Assembly (NCBI RefSeq): GCF_023055435.1
Contig: NW_025964223.1
Coordinates: forward strand, 39,804,001-39,868,000
Reading direction: 5' to 3'
Length of the DNA: 64,000 nucleotides
Source of the DNA: Haliotis rufescens
Taxonomy: Eukaryota
Within the stretch, counting starts at the first letter, position 1. The number at the start of each line of letters is the position of its first letter. Under the pieces are notes generated by a model. It searched no databases. It was not told where the DNA came from and saw only the letters and a list, made by a program, of their open reading frames with translations. The translations under genes were made by a program, and so were the position numbers. This document shows, in pieces, positions 1-13,260 of this stretch.

Positions 1-51
1 TGTGTATAATCTGTGTAGACATATGTACACAATTAACTTGAAAACACACTC

Positions 52-1360
52 TCTCTAATACTTACTGACTGACTTCAATTCTCACTGACTGACTTCAATG
101 ATAAATGACTGACTTCAGTGCTCACTGACTGACCTCAATGCTTACTGACTGAATTCAATGCTCCCTGACTGACTTCAATGCTTACTGACTGACTTCAATG
201 ATCACTGACTGAATTCAATGACAAATGACTGACTTCAATGCTTACTGACTGACTTCAATGATAAATGACTGACTTCAATGATAAATGACTGACTTCAATG
301 CTTACTGACTGACCTCAATGCTTACTGACTGAATTCAATGCTCCCTGACTGACTTTAATGCTCACTGACTGACCTCAATGCTCACTGACTGAATTCAATG
401 CTCCCTGACTGACTTCTATGCTCACTGACTGACTTCAGTACTCACTGACTGACTTCAGTGCTCACTGACTGACCTTAATGCTTACTGACTGACCTCAATG
501 CTTACTGACTGACCTTAATGCTTACTGACTGACTTCAATGCTCACTGACTGACCTCAATGCTCACTGACTGACTTCAGTGCTCACTGACTGACTTCAATG
601 CTTACTGACTGACCGCAATGCTTACTGACTGACTTCAATGCTCACTGAGTGACTTCAGTGCTCACTGACTGACCTCAATGCTTACTTACTGACCTCAATG
701 CTTACTGACTGACTTCAATGCTCACTGACTGACCTCAATGCTCACTGACTGACTTCAGTGCTCACTGACTGACTTCAATGCTTACTGACTGACCGCAGTG
801 CTTACTGACTGACTTCAATGCTCACTGACTTACTTCAGTGCTCACTGAGTGACTTCAGTGCTCAATGACTGACCTCAATGCTTACTGACTGACCTCAATG
901 CTTACTGACTGACCTCAATGCTTACTGACTGACTTCAGTGCTCACTGAGTGACTTCAGTGCTCAATGACTGACCTCAATGCTTACTGACTGACTTCAATG
1001 CTTACTGACTGACCTCAATGCTTACTGACTGACCTCAATGCTTACTGACTGACTTCAGTGCTCACTGAGTGACTTCAGTGCTCAATGACTGACCTCAATG
1101 CTTACTGACTGACTTCAATGCTTACTGACTGACCTCAATGCTTACTGACTGACCTCAATGCTTACTGACTGACCTCAATGCTTCCTGACTGACCTCAATG
1201 CTTACTGACTGACCTCAATGCTTACTGACTGACCTCAATGCTTACTGACTGACCTCAATGCTTACTGACTGACTTCAATGCTCACTGACTGACCTCAATG
1301 CTCACTGACTGATTTCAGTGCTCACTGACTGACTTCAATGCTTACTGACTGACCTCAATT
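52..1360. repeat. 20-bp minisatellite (GACTTCAATGCTCACTGACT)n, ~65 copies, directly upstream of a gene A acceptor
   Basis: Clear 20-nt periodicity with minor variants; ends ~35 nt before the AG at 1393-1394. Confidence 0.97.
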
Positions 1361-1394
1361 CTCACTCCCTCACTCACTGCTGTATGCCCCCCAG

Positions 1395-1538
1395 TCTCGG
1401 GAGGGTGGGGACGTCCGCCTGCGCTACATGGGGGCCATCTGCGAGTCCAGTTACATCCGCTACTTCGATGCCGTGCTGTTCTCGGTCCAGGGCATCCTTC
1501 TCATGTTGGGCGCCTTCCTCGCCTGGGAGACCAAGAAG
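1395..1538 (+). CDS. GABA-B-receptor-like gene A, ECL2/TM5 exon
   Basis: ccag|...AAG|gtagga, 144 nt: SREGGDVRLRYMGAICESSYIRYFDAVLFSVQGILLMLGAFLAWETKK. FLAWET is a GABA-B TM5 hallmark; same length as gene B exon 13. Confidence 0.93.
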
Positions 1539-1828
1539 GTAGGAACAATACTCTATGGTGTACGTTGAGGTGGCTGTGTACACAATTCTCCCTGGCGTCG
1601 TAACATCAACAACAGACTAACATGTAGTTGTAGGCACTGTGTGGTGAAGTCCTCAGTATATCTCGCATGCATGCTCGTGTCTATATAAGTGCAATAGTTT
1701 TGAACGCGACGTTAAGACATTCTCTCCCCGAACACGCTTGACTTTGTACACTTCCTCTCCCGTGAATATGTTAAAGTAGCCAGACTGATGGAGCTGAACT
1801 TTAAGATCTATGTCCCTCCTCATGATGA

Positions 1829-1981
1829 GGGGCGGTCGGGTAGCCTGGTGGTTAAAGCGTTCGCTCGTCGCGCCGAAGACCCGGGTTCGATTCCCGACAT
1901 CGGTACATTTCTGGTGTCCCCGCCGGGATATTGCTGGAATATTGCTTAAAGCGGCGTAAACCATACTCACTCACTCACTCA
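1829..1981 (+). mobile_element. tRNA-derived SINE family 1 (internally deleted copy)
   Basis: A box (TAGCCTGGTGG), B box (GGTTCGATTCC), (ACTC)n tail; 13-bp TSD CTCCTCATGATGA at 1816-1828 and 1982-1994. Confidence 0.9.
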
Positions 1982-2129
1982 CTCCTCATGATGACATCGT
2001 GTGTTGTTCAAATCATTGGATTTTAGTGTTACGTTTTAGTCTTTAAGTTATGTATTTATGTAGAATATCTTTGACAGCAACTTTTGTTAAAACAATCGGT
2101 CCCGCATTAATCTGTATGTACTGATGCAG

Positions 2130-2318
2130 GTGAAGGTGGAAGCTCTCAACGACTCCAAGAACATCGCCGTGTGCATCTACAACTCCGCCGTCCTTGGTAT
2201 ACTCCACATCATCATCACCGCCACCATGACCTTGAGACCCAACCTGGAGTACGGCATCACGGCAGCAATCTCCTTCATCACCGCCACGGCCGTTCAGTGC
2301 ATCATCTTTGTGCCGAAA
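2130..2318 (+). CDS. GABA-B-receptor-like gene A, TM6-TM7 exon
   Basis: gcag|GTG...AAA|gtaatt, 189 nt: VKVEALNDSKNIAVCIYN...QCIIFVPK (LNDS..I...IYN and FVPK motifs). Confidence 0.95.
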
Positions 2319-3009
2319 GTAATTTGATGTGATAGGTGATGATGTTGATGGCACGCGGAAGTCATATGATGGTTCGGTTTGCGGGGGGCCTCTGAAAGCG
2401 GCCATCTTGGCGACATATTTTGTGATGGCTTTTTCTGTGTGAGAGTGACATTTAACGATGGGTTTAACGCGGCTTCAATGCGGGAAGACTACCCAACATG
2501 ATGCAAGTCATATACTTTTACCCCTTCTTTGTGAAAACCATGAGACAGGTATGGTGCTGACCATGTAATAGGAATTCTTATCAAGGCGAACCTGGATTCG
2601 AACCAAGGACTTACCCAAAGGATATGTTGAGCTCAAATGGCATTGTTTTCATAATTGAGGGTTATCAATCATATCTTCTTTAGCGTGTTATTACACTGCT
2701 ACGATTGATTACGATTGACAATAATACCCAGGGGCCGTATTTATCAAACAACTTAGTTTTGACTTAAGAAAAGACTTAAGTTTCTGAAAATTGACTTAGC
2801 CAAGTCCAAAACTTAAGTTGGTATTCACGAAGCGTCTGAGCAAAAACCTTACCTAAGTCTGCCGTGGGAAACTAAGTCGATTTCACCGAATGCAATCACG
2901 TGATCACAAAGGACTATCCCAGCTATTTTTAACCTACCAGTGGAACTTTTTTCACTTAAAGAGAGCAAAACGTCATCGGGGAATTCCCGGACAGCGCAGA
3001 CGATAATAA

Positions 3010-3940
3010 ACAGGCTCCGTTTTTCAAGGAGACGCTATCTGAACGACCACTGCATCGAGTTTATGTGAAGTGTGTTGAGAGGAGCAGCAACCCTGCAAAG
3101 TCCTTACCTTGGATGAAGTCGGTTGGCCTGAAAAGTGAAACAGAAGGCTTTCTGCTTGCTACTCAGGACCAATCACTTCCCACTCGAAACCGTCAATGTG
3201 TGATTTTGCATCAAAATATAACTATGAAATGTAATCTAAGCAATGAATTTAATGAGACTGTCCAACACATTGCCATTGGAAGCCCTGCTTTGAAACAAAC
3301 ACAGTATCTTATGCGACATGATGGAGTGGCTCGATCATTTTATTACCCTCTTCGCCATGCTCGTGGTTTTGTCACAGCGGTCCATCTATAGTACGACCCA
3401 GAATATGTAGAAGGCGTCATGGAAAATGACACATTCAAAATTCTTTGGAATAGGCCAGTTTACCTATCCAGGCTAACAAACCTGATCAAATCATTTATAT
3501 CATTGACTTTTTTGGATCCCTTTTTACACTAATGTGATTGACAAGATTCAGGAAAAATAGGGCAAATATGTAGACCGAAATATCATGCTTGCATCCCAAA
3601 TACCAAGTTGTCCGACTCCCCATTGTTCTCGGTTTCCCTTAGGTTTGGTACCTCCCAATCTGTTTAATGAGTACCCGGGTTTGCTAACAGGAATACAGCC
3701 CTTCTGACAATCTGGGTAAAGCAGAAGGCTGATGTGTTGGGGGAGTCCGAAAAGTTCTGGGAGAGTTCCAGTTGGCTGCCCTTCCTGGGAGAAGTTCCAT
3801 TCGCTGTCTGGGCTGCGTGTAGAGGGGGCAAGGGCCCTGAGCTGATGATGAGCCTAACCAGCCTGACTGTGCCAGGATCACCTAAACCCTCTTTGCAACA
3901 TATATTTTAAATTATTTTTATCTGTATATAATAATGGGAA
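3010..3940 (+). mobile_element. 5'-truncated, decayed R4/Dong-like non-LTR retrotransposon (zinc knuckle + restriction-like endonuclease end)
   Basis: KSETEGFLLATQDQ...ETVQHIAIGSPAL..YLMRHDGVA, then frameshifted KILWN/NKPD segments; homologous to 54565-55680 and 57795-58586. Confidence 0.85.
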
Positions 3941-3991
3941 CGACGAGGACAATGACGATGACGGTAAAGTTATTCATGAATTTCTTTTCAG

Positions 3992-4117
3992 GTTCTGCAG
4001 TATCGGAATAACCGCCTAAATCCCGAGGGCGACCGGGGACTCACGATTGGAAAGGAGGCGACCATCACTTCAACCAACCTCTCCACCGTTGACGACACCG
4101 ACCACAAACTGAAACAA
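3992..4117 (+). CDS. GABA-B-receptor-like gene A, C-tail exon
   Basis: ttttcag|GTT...CAA|gtaggc, 126 nt phase 0: VLQYRNNRLNPEGDRGLTIGKEATITSTNLSTVDDTDHKLKQ; parallels gene B exon 15. Confidence 0.82.
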
Positions 4118-4472
4118 GTAGGCGATAAACAACATAATAATTGTTTTTTCCCAATGAGTGTCCATGTTGTACTGTGTGTATTACCTCATTACGTTGAAAT
4201 CTTATATACTGTAATCCGACGTCAACTCTAACTTTACTAGCTCGATATGTCGTTTAAACATTAAAGCAAAAGTATGGCCCCGACAGAGGCATTATATCTT
4301 GGATAACTCGTTAACATTGTCGTTTCAATGGTCCCGACTTGAATAGGTCACACTCTCGTTGGTACGCTTTGATAGCTTAACTGATAATGAAAGGCAAAGG
4401 AAATTTTAACCACAAACCGGTAAACCTGACACCCGGTACCAAACTAATAAAACGGCCATTCCAGATGACTGA

Positions 4473-4638
4473 GTGAGTGAGTGAGTATGGTTTTACGCCG
4501 CTTTTAGCAATATTCCAGCAATATCACGGCGGGGGACACCAGAAATGGGCTTCACACATTGTACCCATGTCGGGAATCGAACCCGGGTCTTCGGCGTGAC
4601 GAGCAAAAGCTTTAACCACTAGGCTACCCGACCGCCCC
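4473..4638 (-). mobile_element. SINE family 1, full length
   Basis: Complete copy; TSD TCCAGATGACTGA at 4460-4472 and 4639-4651. Confidence 0.92.
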
Positions 4639-4697
4639 TCCAGATGACTGAAAGCATTAACATCATATCAATGCACTTTCGTCGGCATGTTTTTATA

Positions 4698-4861
4698 GAG
4701 TGAGTGAGTGTGGTTGTACACCGCTCCTAGCAAATTTTCCAGCAATATCCCGGCGGGGGACCCCAGACATGGGCTTCACACATTGTACCCATGCTGGGAA
4801 TCGAACCCGGGTCTTCGGCGTGACGAGCGAACGCTTTACCCACTAGGCTACCCCACCGCCC
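4698..4861 (-). mobile_element. SINE family 1
   Basis: Near-identical to 4473-4638; flanked by CATGTTTTT on both sides. Confidence 0.88.
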
Positions 4862-4938
4862 ATGTTTTTTTAAAGAAGCGTGTGTTTTATATGACTTTCA
4901 AGCCAATGATGTTCTCTGCGGTTGTTTGGATGTTCCAG

Positions 4939-5082
4939 AAAGACAACGAAATAGCCAAGTTACAAGACCAGCTGGAGAAGCTGAAGCTCTTCATCAAACA
5001 GGCGTGTATCCCTGCAGGAGACAAGGAGGCCCCGCCCAGTACTGACGACCCAGGGGACGTGACGTTACCGCCAGATGCCTAA
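4939..5082 (+). CDS. GABA-B-receptor-like gene A, last coding exon (coiled-coil end)
   Basis: ttccag|AAA GAC AAC GAA: KDNEIAKLQDQLEKLKLFIKQ...LPPDA*; homologous to gene B last exon KDKEIARLKEKLDK. Confidence 0.88.
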   Translation, partial: KDNEIAKLQDQLEKLKLFIKQACIPAGDKEAPPSTDDPGDVTLPPDA

Positions 5083-5419
5083 ATTTACACATTCCGTCCA
5101 AAAACTGGCTCTTAACATTCGTACATAGACGTAGGAACATAGCCAACTCCACATTGAGCATGAGGACGTTGTTGTCAAAGATGCTCAACCTGATACGTTT
5201 GTTGTACAAATTGTAAAGAACGGTTAATGATGGAAGAACAGGACTATGAACCTATGAATCGGATATCTGTGGAATAACTTTAAAAAGTTAAACTCCGTCT
5301 GATAGAACGTTTGCACTAAGGAACTGTCCTGTACACAGTCATATCACCTCGTATGATCCGCATCGAAAGAATAATAAGTCCACGCCGTCTACATTTGTAG
5401 TTGCAGCGAGCTCTCATGT

Positions 5420-5835
5420 TTGACACTGACTGTCAAAGATATGCCTGACACTGCCTTCCAGACACTTGTCTGACCCTGACTGTCAGCTATCCGTCTGACC
5501 CTGACTGTCAACTATCCGTCTGATCCTGACTGTCGACTGTCTGTCTGACCCTGACTATCGACTATCCGTCTGACCCTGTCTGTCGACTATCCGTCTGATC
5601 CTGACTGTCGACTATCTGTCTGACGCTGACTGTCGACTATCCGTCTGACCCTGCCTGTCGACTATCCGTCTGATCCTGACTGTCGACTATCTGTCTGACC
5701 CTGACTGTCGACTATCCGTCTGACCTTGTCTGTCGACTATCCGTCTGATCCTGACTGTCGACTATCCGTCTGCCCCTGACTGTCGACTATCCGCCTGACC
5801 CTGACTGTCGATTATCTGTCTTAATCTGACTCTGA
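5420..5835. repeat. 25-bp minisatellite (CTGACCCTGACTGTCGACTATCCGT)n, ~15 copies, probably in the gene A 3' UTR
   Basis: Direct periodicity. Confidence 0.92.
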
Positions 5836-7060
5836 CGTTTGGACATATATCTTACCTTGACGGTCGAATATATCTAAATCTGACTGTCAGACACGTGTCT
5901 GACCCTGACTGTGGAACATCTGTAGGATATCACTTTCGAGCCATCATCGAATATATGTGTATTTGTGTTACGTTCGCTTTCTATCCTATACTGGAGGCAC
6001 GGGTGGCCAAGTGGACTTGGTTTAAGGAGTTGCTTCCCTTTGCTGCCAGTCGCCAATGTCCTGGGTTCGAATTCCAGATTTGCCCCAAATTGCTCTGCAG
6101 CATCCACCACTTTGAGCTTTCCCGCATTTAGCTGACACGCCGTGATATATGTGAAATACTGTCAGACATGTCAACTCATGTTTCTGCTGCGCGGTGCGCA
6201 CACATCAGGCGTGGAATCCTCTTCACATCTGAGCGTATGGAATATGTCATCAACACTGCAGCTAACTGTGACGTCTGGTTGTTTATTGTTTACTGTACAT
6301 GTCTTTACTGTGAGCAGGATTGGGGCGTTGCGAGAGTATTATCGTTAAGGCAGTATCGTTAAGGCAGTAAAGAAGTATAATCGCGACCACGAAGTATAAT
6401 CTCGACCACGAAGTATAATCTCGACCACGCCCACCTGATCCCCTAACGTCAGCATTACGACAACGGATAAACATTGATGTCCCCGAATCATTATCTTCTT
6501 CGTCATCATCGTCACCAACAATTACCAGCACCAACACCGACCACCGCTCTTATCACGCCCTACGGATCGAACGACTAGAACAACAATAACATTAAAATAA
6601 ACAGAAAACACACAGGTTCACAATGGAACAACACTAAACAGAAAGAACTGACCTTACGGATCAAATGGATTGTACAGTATTTGTGCTTAACTGACCAACT
6701 TGATGCGATGCCACATAAATAAACAAACAAACAAACAGATAAACAAACAAACAAACAATAAAGAACCCACAAACAAAAAACGAGAGTCCAATCAATAAAA
6801 ACGACATCTCAAGAAATCTCTTTTAAAAGCAGAGCAGACTGTACGATTCACATTTCATCACATTTCATTTCATGTGTTTATGAATCACTATCAAATAATG
6901 ATGATACCAGGTGTTCGCGAAAAGGTGAGCATATCCTGCTTCACCCGTCACAAACACATGCAAATGCAAGTCAGTTAACTAAACTGACAGAACGTTCTGG
7001 GTTCAGTAGGTATTCGGCGTTCAACGTAAGAATCCTCACCGTTCATGTGATACGTGTGTA

Positions 7061-7567
7061 CAATCTAATTAAAATCAGATCTTAGTTCTCGCTGCCGCTA
7101 AACAAAGATCTGAGGACATCCCATTACGGGTCACGTCAGACCGACCTTGCGCGATCTTTGACCGACCAATGAAATGACTGACAAGAAGTCGACATTAGCC
7201 AATCAGAAGGCAGCTTTCTTGTGCTCTACGGCACTAATTTCAAATTGGCGACTACGCTTGTAAACATAATTTGACAAATTCTCGATAAAAAAATTGAAAC
7301 CGAAAAAAAAGAACATTCTGGAATGGCTAATAGATGGTCTAGATTGTATGGATTCAGTCCTTAAGGCCGTAACAATCGTTCGGAATACCCTGTGTTAAAG
7401 TTTTCGAGGTTGCATGATTAGAAATCACATTCCGACTGTCACTTTCATGATCTGGTAAACGACGCTCTGATTGGTCGGATGAAAGGTCGTTCTGACGTGA
7501 CTCCTAATGGGATGTCCTCAGATCTTTGTTTAGCGGTAGCGAGAGCTATCTGATTTTAATGAGATTG
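7061..7567. mobile_element. MITE with ~90-bp TIRs and 10-bp TSD (Mutator-like)
   Basis: CAATCTAATTAAAATCAGAT...ATCTGATTTTAATGAGATTG; TSD TACGTGTGTA at 7051-7060 and 7568-7577. Confidence 0.88.
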
Positions 7568-7920
7568 TACGTGTGTACGACATAACTCGACGTAGCTGTT
7601 CTAAGTTTCATTTCACTGAAAATATCAAACAAAACTCAAGCTGTGCTTTATTAAGAGTCCACTCTTGACACATTCACATCTGGAACCTGTACACTCGGTC
7701 GGCATCAACAGACTGCAACAGACTGACCCACGAGCACACACGTCTCTCCTGCTGTAGTGCACGGATTCAGTTTCCGGGTGGTGATGTTTTTCTCAAGTTT
7801 GTTAAGCACTTCACGGAAAAAAACTACGAGTTCGAGGCACACGTGTCTGCTCTCGGCACTACCCTCCAACTGTGACGTTGAAAGTACCCTGCCCGTCTTT
7901 GCCCCGGGAGAGACTACGTC

Positions 7921-8688
7921 CCCAGTGCCCATGGTTGCCAAAGATGATTTGGTGATCGTGTCATGGTACAGACAGCCTCCAAAGCTTTTGGAACAATGTT
8001 GTGCTTCAACGTTGAAATAACATTGAGTTTTGGTAGGATTTGAAAGTTGTGATGATGTTGAAATGTGTGGATGTTAAACCTTTATCAGATCTCAGTGTTT
8101 AAAAAATGTTGTGCTTCAGCGTTGAAATGATTTTGATGTTTGTCTTGATTTGAAAGTTTTTGTTGTTGTTGTTGTTGTTTAACGCCGCTCTCGGCAATAT
8201 TCCAGCTATATGACGGCGGTCTGTAAATAATCGAGTCTGGACCAGACAATCCAGTGATTGACATCATGAGCATCGACCCACGCTATTGGGATACGATGAC
8301 ATGCATCAACCAAGTCAGCGAGCCTGACCACCCGATCCCGTTAGTCGCCTCTTACGACAAGCGTAGTCGCCTTTTACGGCAAGAATGGGTTGCTGAAGAC
8401 CTATTCTAACCTGGCTCTTCACGGGTCTTAAAATTTGATGTAGATGATGAAGAAATATGGAAGTTGAATCAACATCAGATATCAATATTGAAAACAATGT
8501 TAGATTTCAAAATATTTCAAATATCGAACAGCCAATGCTAATTCAATGTTGAAAACCATGCAAGATTTCAATATATTTTCAAATACCAAAAGGCCAATGT
8601 TGAAATAATGTTAATACAATGTTTTTCAAAGTATCAACCCTGATCAACCAAATTTCAACATTGAAACAATGTCATGTTGCCTGCTGGG
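7921..8688. mobile_element. Possible non-autonomous DNA element with CCCAG...CTGGG termini and AATGTTGAA subterminal repeats, with a nested SINE
   Basis: CCCAGTGCCCA versus the reverse complement of the far end, CCCAGCAGGCA; many ATGTTGAAA motifs; no convincing TSD. Confidence 0.4.
8160..8427 (-). mobile_element. SINE-like family 2 (non-tRNA structured head, (CAA/AAAC)n tail)
   Basis: GACCCGTGAAGA...GTCGTAAGAGGCGACTAACGGG...GCTGGAATATTGC; at least 7 copies in the window. Confidence 0.88.
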
Positions 8689-8973
8689 TGGGTAGCAACG
8701 TTGTCCACAGCATCAATCGCTTGGTTGCCCAGATTATTTACAAGCCGACGTAATTTTAATGTTGCTGAGTGCGACGAAAAATAACATTCACTTACACTCG
8801 GTCCGGGGTCCACGTCCAGTTCAGAACACCAACTATAGAGGCTCATGTCCAACTGACCTGTCTGAGCTTTTCGTACTGAAGTGAAACGAACACTTGGCAG
8901 CACCGTGTCGGGACACCATCGGTTGATCAATTGCAGTGTTTGACACACTGACCATATTCAAATGCATGTTTTA

Positions 8974-9217
8974 CAGTGGAACCTCGTTGTGTCGAACTCG
9001 TGGGACCTTAAAAAAGATTTATTTAGGGTTCGGGGGAACCAACAACGTTCGATACTTGGGAATACCAAATGAGTTCGAGACAACCGGGAATTCGACACAT
9101 CCAGTTCAGCAGATCCGAGTATAAATGATGAATATAGAACGTCACAGGGATCTGATGGTGAGTTCGAGACAACCGGGAGTGCGACACATCCACGTTCGGC
9201 ACAACGAGGTTCGACTG
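8974..9217. mobile_element. Tc1/mariner (pogo/Tigger-like) MITE
   Basis: TA|CAGTGGAACCTCGTTGTGTCGAAC ... GTTCGGCACAACGAGGTTCGACTG terminal inverted repeats. Confidence 0.8.
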
Positions 9218-10636
9218 GATATCCAAAAGTACCTGTTTCTGCTCATATACAATTGGTTTTGGTCCATGTTGTACTCATGATTGTTTTACACTGTTATATT
9301 TGTGAGTGAATAAACTGAAAAAGCTACCCGAAGACGTGTTTCAACATGCCTAAAGTTGATTTCTCCCAACTTTATTTCCCACATGAGGATTCTAGGCAGG
9401 AACAGGTTAGAAGTGCCCGATGTTTGTCATCGAACCATCATACCACAGGGTTACACATTGGGACCAAGACTCTGTTCGGCCATGGCCGTTCCACTATGCG
9501 ATCTTAGTGCCAGGATCATAGTACTGGTCAGTGTTAAAAGAAAGGGTCATTGAGTTTTGTTTGAGGCCGCTTTGAACAGTATTCCAGGTTTATCATGGCG
9601 TGTCAGATTGATGTGGAAGGAAGGCCCGAAGTAATGCAGGTCTCGGACGTTTACATCTTTGGTGAAACCCACGAGCATGATGCAGTGTTAGAATATGATA
9701 TTTAAACACAGGGCCATAGCTGATTGCGCGTCATCTTGCGCCACACGCGTGAATTTACCGATGCCATCTTCCTCTAGATAAAGACTCGAATATTTACAGG
9801 CAGCTATCATATACATGAAGTTAAATAATGATGACTACAGTAAAATCAACCCTCTCTCACATTTCAGACTTTGAAGGAATTATGTATGTTACACTTGTGC
9901 CAAAGAGCAAGAGCAATACTAGCGTGTCCATTCCCATCTAAGGTTGATATTCGTGCCAGTAACGGGTCACATGACAATGTTTTAACACCAATGTGTTAAA
10001 TTTAATTGAATTAAGAATTTGTATAGCGCATTTTCAAATTAACAACTGCTGAAATGCCTTTCGACCATGGTTGATCTAGTCCAAGGTTTTCTTGAAGAGA
10101 CAGGTTTTCGGTGTCTTTTGACAGTTCACTTTTTCTGTTTCTCGGATTTCTTATAGCAGATTGTTCCATAGCAATGGGCCAGCATGTTGAATGTCCTGGT
10201 ATAATGTGCGGCATGACGGGTAGAGTAACATCTTCCTTGTTCACATATTATTTCTAAGTGACCAATTTGACGCGATGCTAATCCCAGACATTGGGTGACT
10301 TGGTACGTTGACACTGCTGGAGGACGTTGTCTGTGCGTGGCGACGCCCATGCTGTCTGATACCTGTATTGGTCAACGGGTCGGGCAAGTGGTGTACATCG
10401 ATATGATTGAGTGCTGTTTGAAGGCTTCATCTATTATCAGAATAGTGTAGTCGATAACATAAATATACACGTATTTTGCAAGTCAGTGCTCTCGCTTGTC
10501 ACAAGTGCCAACTAAAAATAGGTACGAGTGGTCACAATCTCATTAACATCAGATCCTTTACTCAAATACGATAGCTCTCTGCGGGAAGATCTGGTGATAC
10601 GTTCATCAGTGGTCACGTCAGGTGAAATTTCTTTTC

Positions 10637-10875
10637 GTTTGTTTGTTGTTTAACGCCACACTCAGCCATATTCCAGATACATGGCGTCAGTCTCCAAATA
10701 ATAGAGTCCGGACCAGACAATCCAATGATTGACATCATGAGAATCGATCTGCCCAGTTGGGATACGATGACATGCATCAACCAAGTCAGCGAGCCTGATC
10801 ACCCGATCCCTTTAGTCGGCACTTACGACAAGCTTTGGTTGCTGAAGACCAATTCTAACCCGGATCTTCACGGGT
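10637..10875 (-). mobile_element. SINE-like family 2 (single-hairpin variant)
   Basis: Homologous to 8160-8427 but lacks the duplicated ~23-nt hairpin. Confidence 0.87.
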
Positions 10876-11960
10876 AGTGGAAAGATTCGGTATGTAGTGA
10901 AACATTCAAAGCATGATACTTGATTTCTGTATCTCGAAAATGAACTAAAACGACAAATTCTGTGGTAAGTGGAAAGTACAACAGCAACATTTTATTGTGG
11001 ATAATTCATACACCCTGTCACTTCTGAGCGCCGAAGCATGTTTACCCCAAAGGGAGTTCCTTCGAAGGAACATCTGTTTTCTGTGTGGGTTTTCACAGGG
11101 CTCAAGAACCCTTCTTTAGATTTGGTTCACCTCCTATAACATTGTCCTCAGGTGTCAATGCAGAGAGAATCGTATCGGTGTAAGAGATCTGATTTGAATG
11201 AGACTGGGGACAGACCATGCGGCTGATTGTGTGTCATCGTGTGACGACTTGGGCCGTTGCTCATATCTTTCCTGCCTTGTTTAACAACAGTCACACATTA
11301 ACTAACTCCCATCCTTAAAGGCTTCATGGGAAAAGATAAGGTCTTAATTTGACTGAGAGTAACTGTTTCGATTTTATACCACAATGTACTTTCAACTTTA
11401 CTTCAAAGGTTGTCATCCTGCGGTCATTCTAAACGCTGCTTAATCTCCAAACAAGGCTCACATCATTGTGCTCTGTTTATCGTCGCGGCAGTTTTCTACA
11501 CCTAATCATAAATGGTAGTTTTAGCAGAAAGTGTGTCGTGCAGAAAGGGAGTTCCATTATGACGAATTTAGGTCACATGTTACTTTTGGTCTCAAAGCTT
11601 TATTTTGATCATACCTCCATGTCATAATGATGAGATCTGATTGGTCTACGTGATCTTGACAAAATACTGTGTATCCCACCTTGGAGGGGAATACATTTCT
11701 CATCAGGTGAATAAATCCCTTATACCCCGCCAAGAGAAACATTGGCTGCACGTGGATTTTTGAGAGGCAGAATAAATCCCGTGTAACCTGCTTCCAAGCA
11801 AAAGGCCGCACGTTTTCCCCTCCGAGTCAATGAAAGTCGCATGACAAAGCACAAGCTAACCTCCGCTCAATCGAACAGCTGTTGTCTATCTATTTTGAAT
11901 TTGTTTTAATGCAATAAATTCATTCATGTTTATATTAAACACGTTGGTAAGATAAATTCG

Positions 11961-12099
11961 TTATAGCAGGATCACTTAGGGTTCATGGTGTTTTATGCGT
12001 CACTCGTTAGGGTTTTTTACAACTCGCCTCCGGTCTCGTGGAATATAACCTAACGCGGGATGTATAAAACCCCATAAACCCCTCGTCATCCTGCTACAA
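11961..12099. repeat. Imperfect ~140-bp palindrome (hairpin MITE-like)
   Basis: TTATAGCAGGAT...GGTGTTTTATGC arm versus GTATAAAACCCC...ATCCTGCTACAA arm. Confidence 0.7.
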
Positions 12100-12432
12100 C
12101 TTACAGTGTATTGCTCGATTACTTCCTATAAAAGATGGAGGACGTTATCATCTATTTTCCTTCCACCGAAATACAAAAAAACTAAGTTAACAGCAAATAA
12201 ATTGTATTTCTATTCAAAACCATTTAGTTACATTACTGTCCTGAAAAAATACGAATGCATTGAGAACCATGCAGATATGCATGTACACGTTCGTTTCTTC
12301 TGTTTGATAAATAGTGCATGTACAAATACATTTGATATAATTTGTTATGACCTAACATTAAAATTAGACAATCCAGTGTAACGACAGAACAACGAATCCG
12401 ATATTGTCATATAATAATTACAATCATGAAAT

Positions 12433-12655
12433 GACCCGTGAAGATCCGGGGAAGAATAGGTCTTTAGCAACCCATGCTTACCATAAAAGGCGACTATGCT
12501 TGTCGTAATAGGCGATTAACCGGATCGAGTGGTCAGGCTCGCTGACTTGGTTGATGCATGCCATCGTATCCCAATTGCGTAGATCGATTATTTTTCAGAC
12601 CGCCGTCAAATAGTTGGAATAGTGCGGCGTTAAACAACAAACAAACAAACAACAA
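12433..12655 (+). mobile_element. SINE-like family 2 (internal deletion)
   Basis: Same head and tail as other family 2 copies. Confidence 0.85.
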
Positions 12656-13179
12656 CAGTCATGAAATAGCTGTCAATATTGAACTATCCAAATCTAGTAC
12701 AACACATGCGACCTGTCATTGTACGAAGGACGTATCTCAGTAGCCGAGGTATAGGACAGATAAACTCAATACCACGATACCACGATAAGCTGAGTGAAAG
12801 TTTACAAGATAGGAAGATGTGTGGCTCTTCTGTCGCATTCGAAGACACGTATGTGTTTTACTGGTCGTAAGGGAAGACGAAATCGGACCAGATAAGACCA
12901 GATCGTACCCAGACGGCGCGGGTCGTTGCTCATGCTGTCGGTTCCTGCTTTTCCTGTCAGGACTGAATTATTCACAGGCCGCCGTGATCTAGCGGGAAAA
13001 CTGCTGAATGCGGCGTTAAACAACATTCCCACTTACTCACATAGAAGTCCAGAATCTCGATAAGAGTCCAGGTTCATGTCGCGAATTTCACGGTTTCCAA
13101 AATTCGAGGTAACAAATGCTAACCCCAGTACTCGACATTAACTTCTAAAATGCAGTGTTCATTGACCTCTAGTTACTGA

Positions 13180-13260
13180 TCAAACGTCCTCTTCTTTGGG
13201 GACCACACCACCAACAGCTTTGTCCAGCTTCTCCTTCAGTCGAGCGATCTCCTTATCTTT
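13180..13260 (-). CDS. GABA-B-receptor-like gene B exon 16 (last)
   Basis: tttcag|AAA GAT AAG: KDKEIARLKEKLDKAVGGVVPKEEDV*. Confidence 0.88.
   Translation of the reverse strand, partial: KDKEIARLKEKLDKAVGGVVPKEEDV

Noticed and set aside
10126-10400. Possible Tc1 C-terminal remnant
   Set aside because: Too degenerate to recognise diagnostic motifs.
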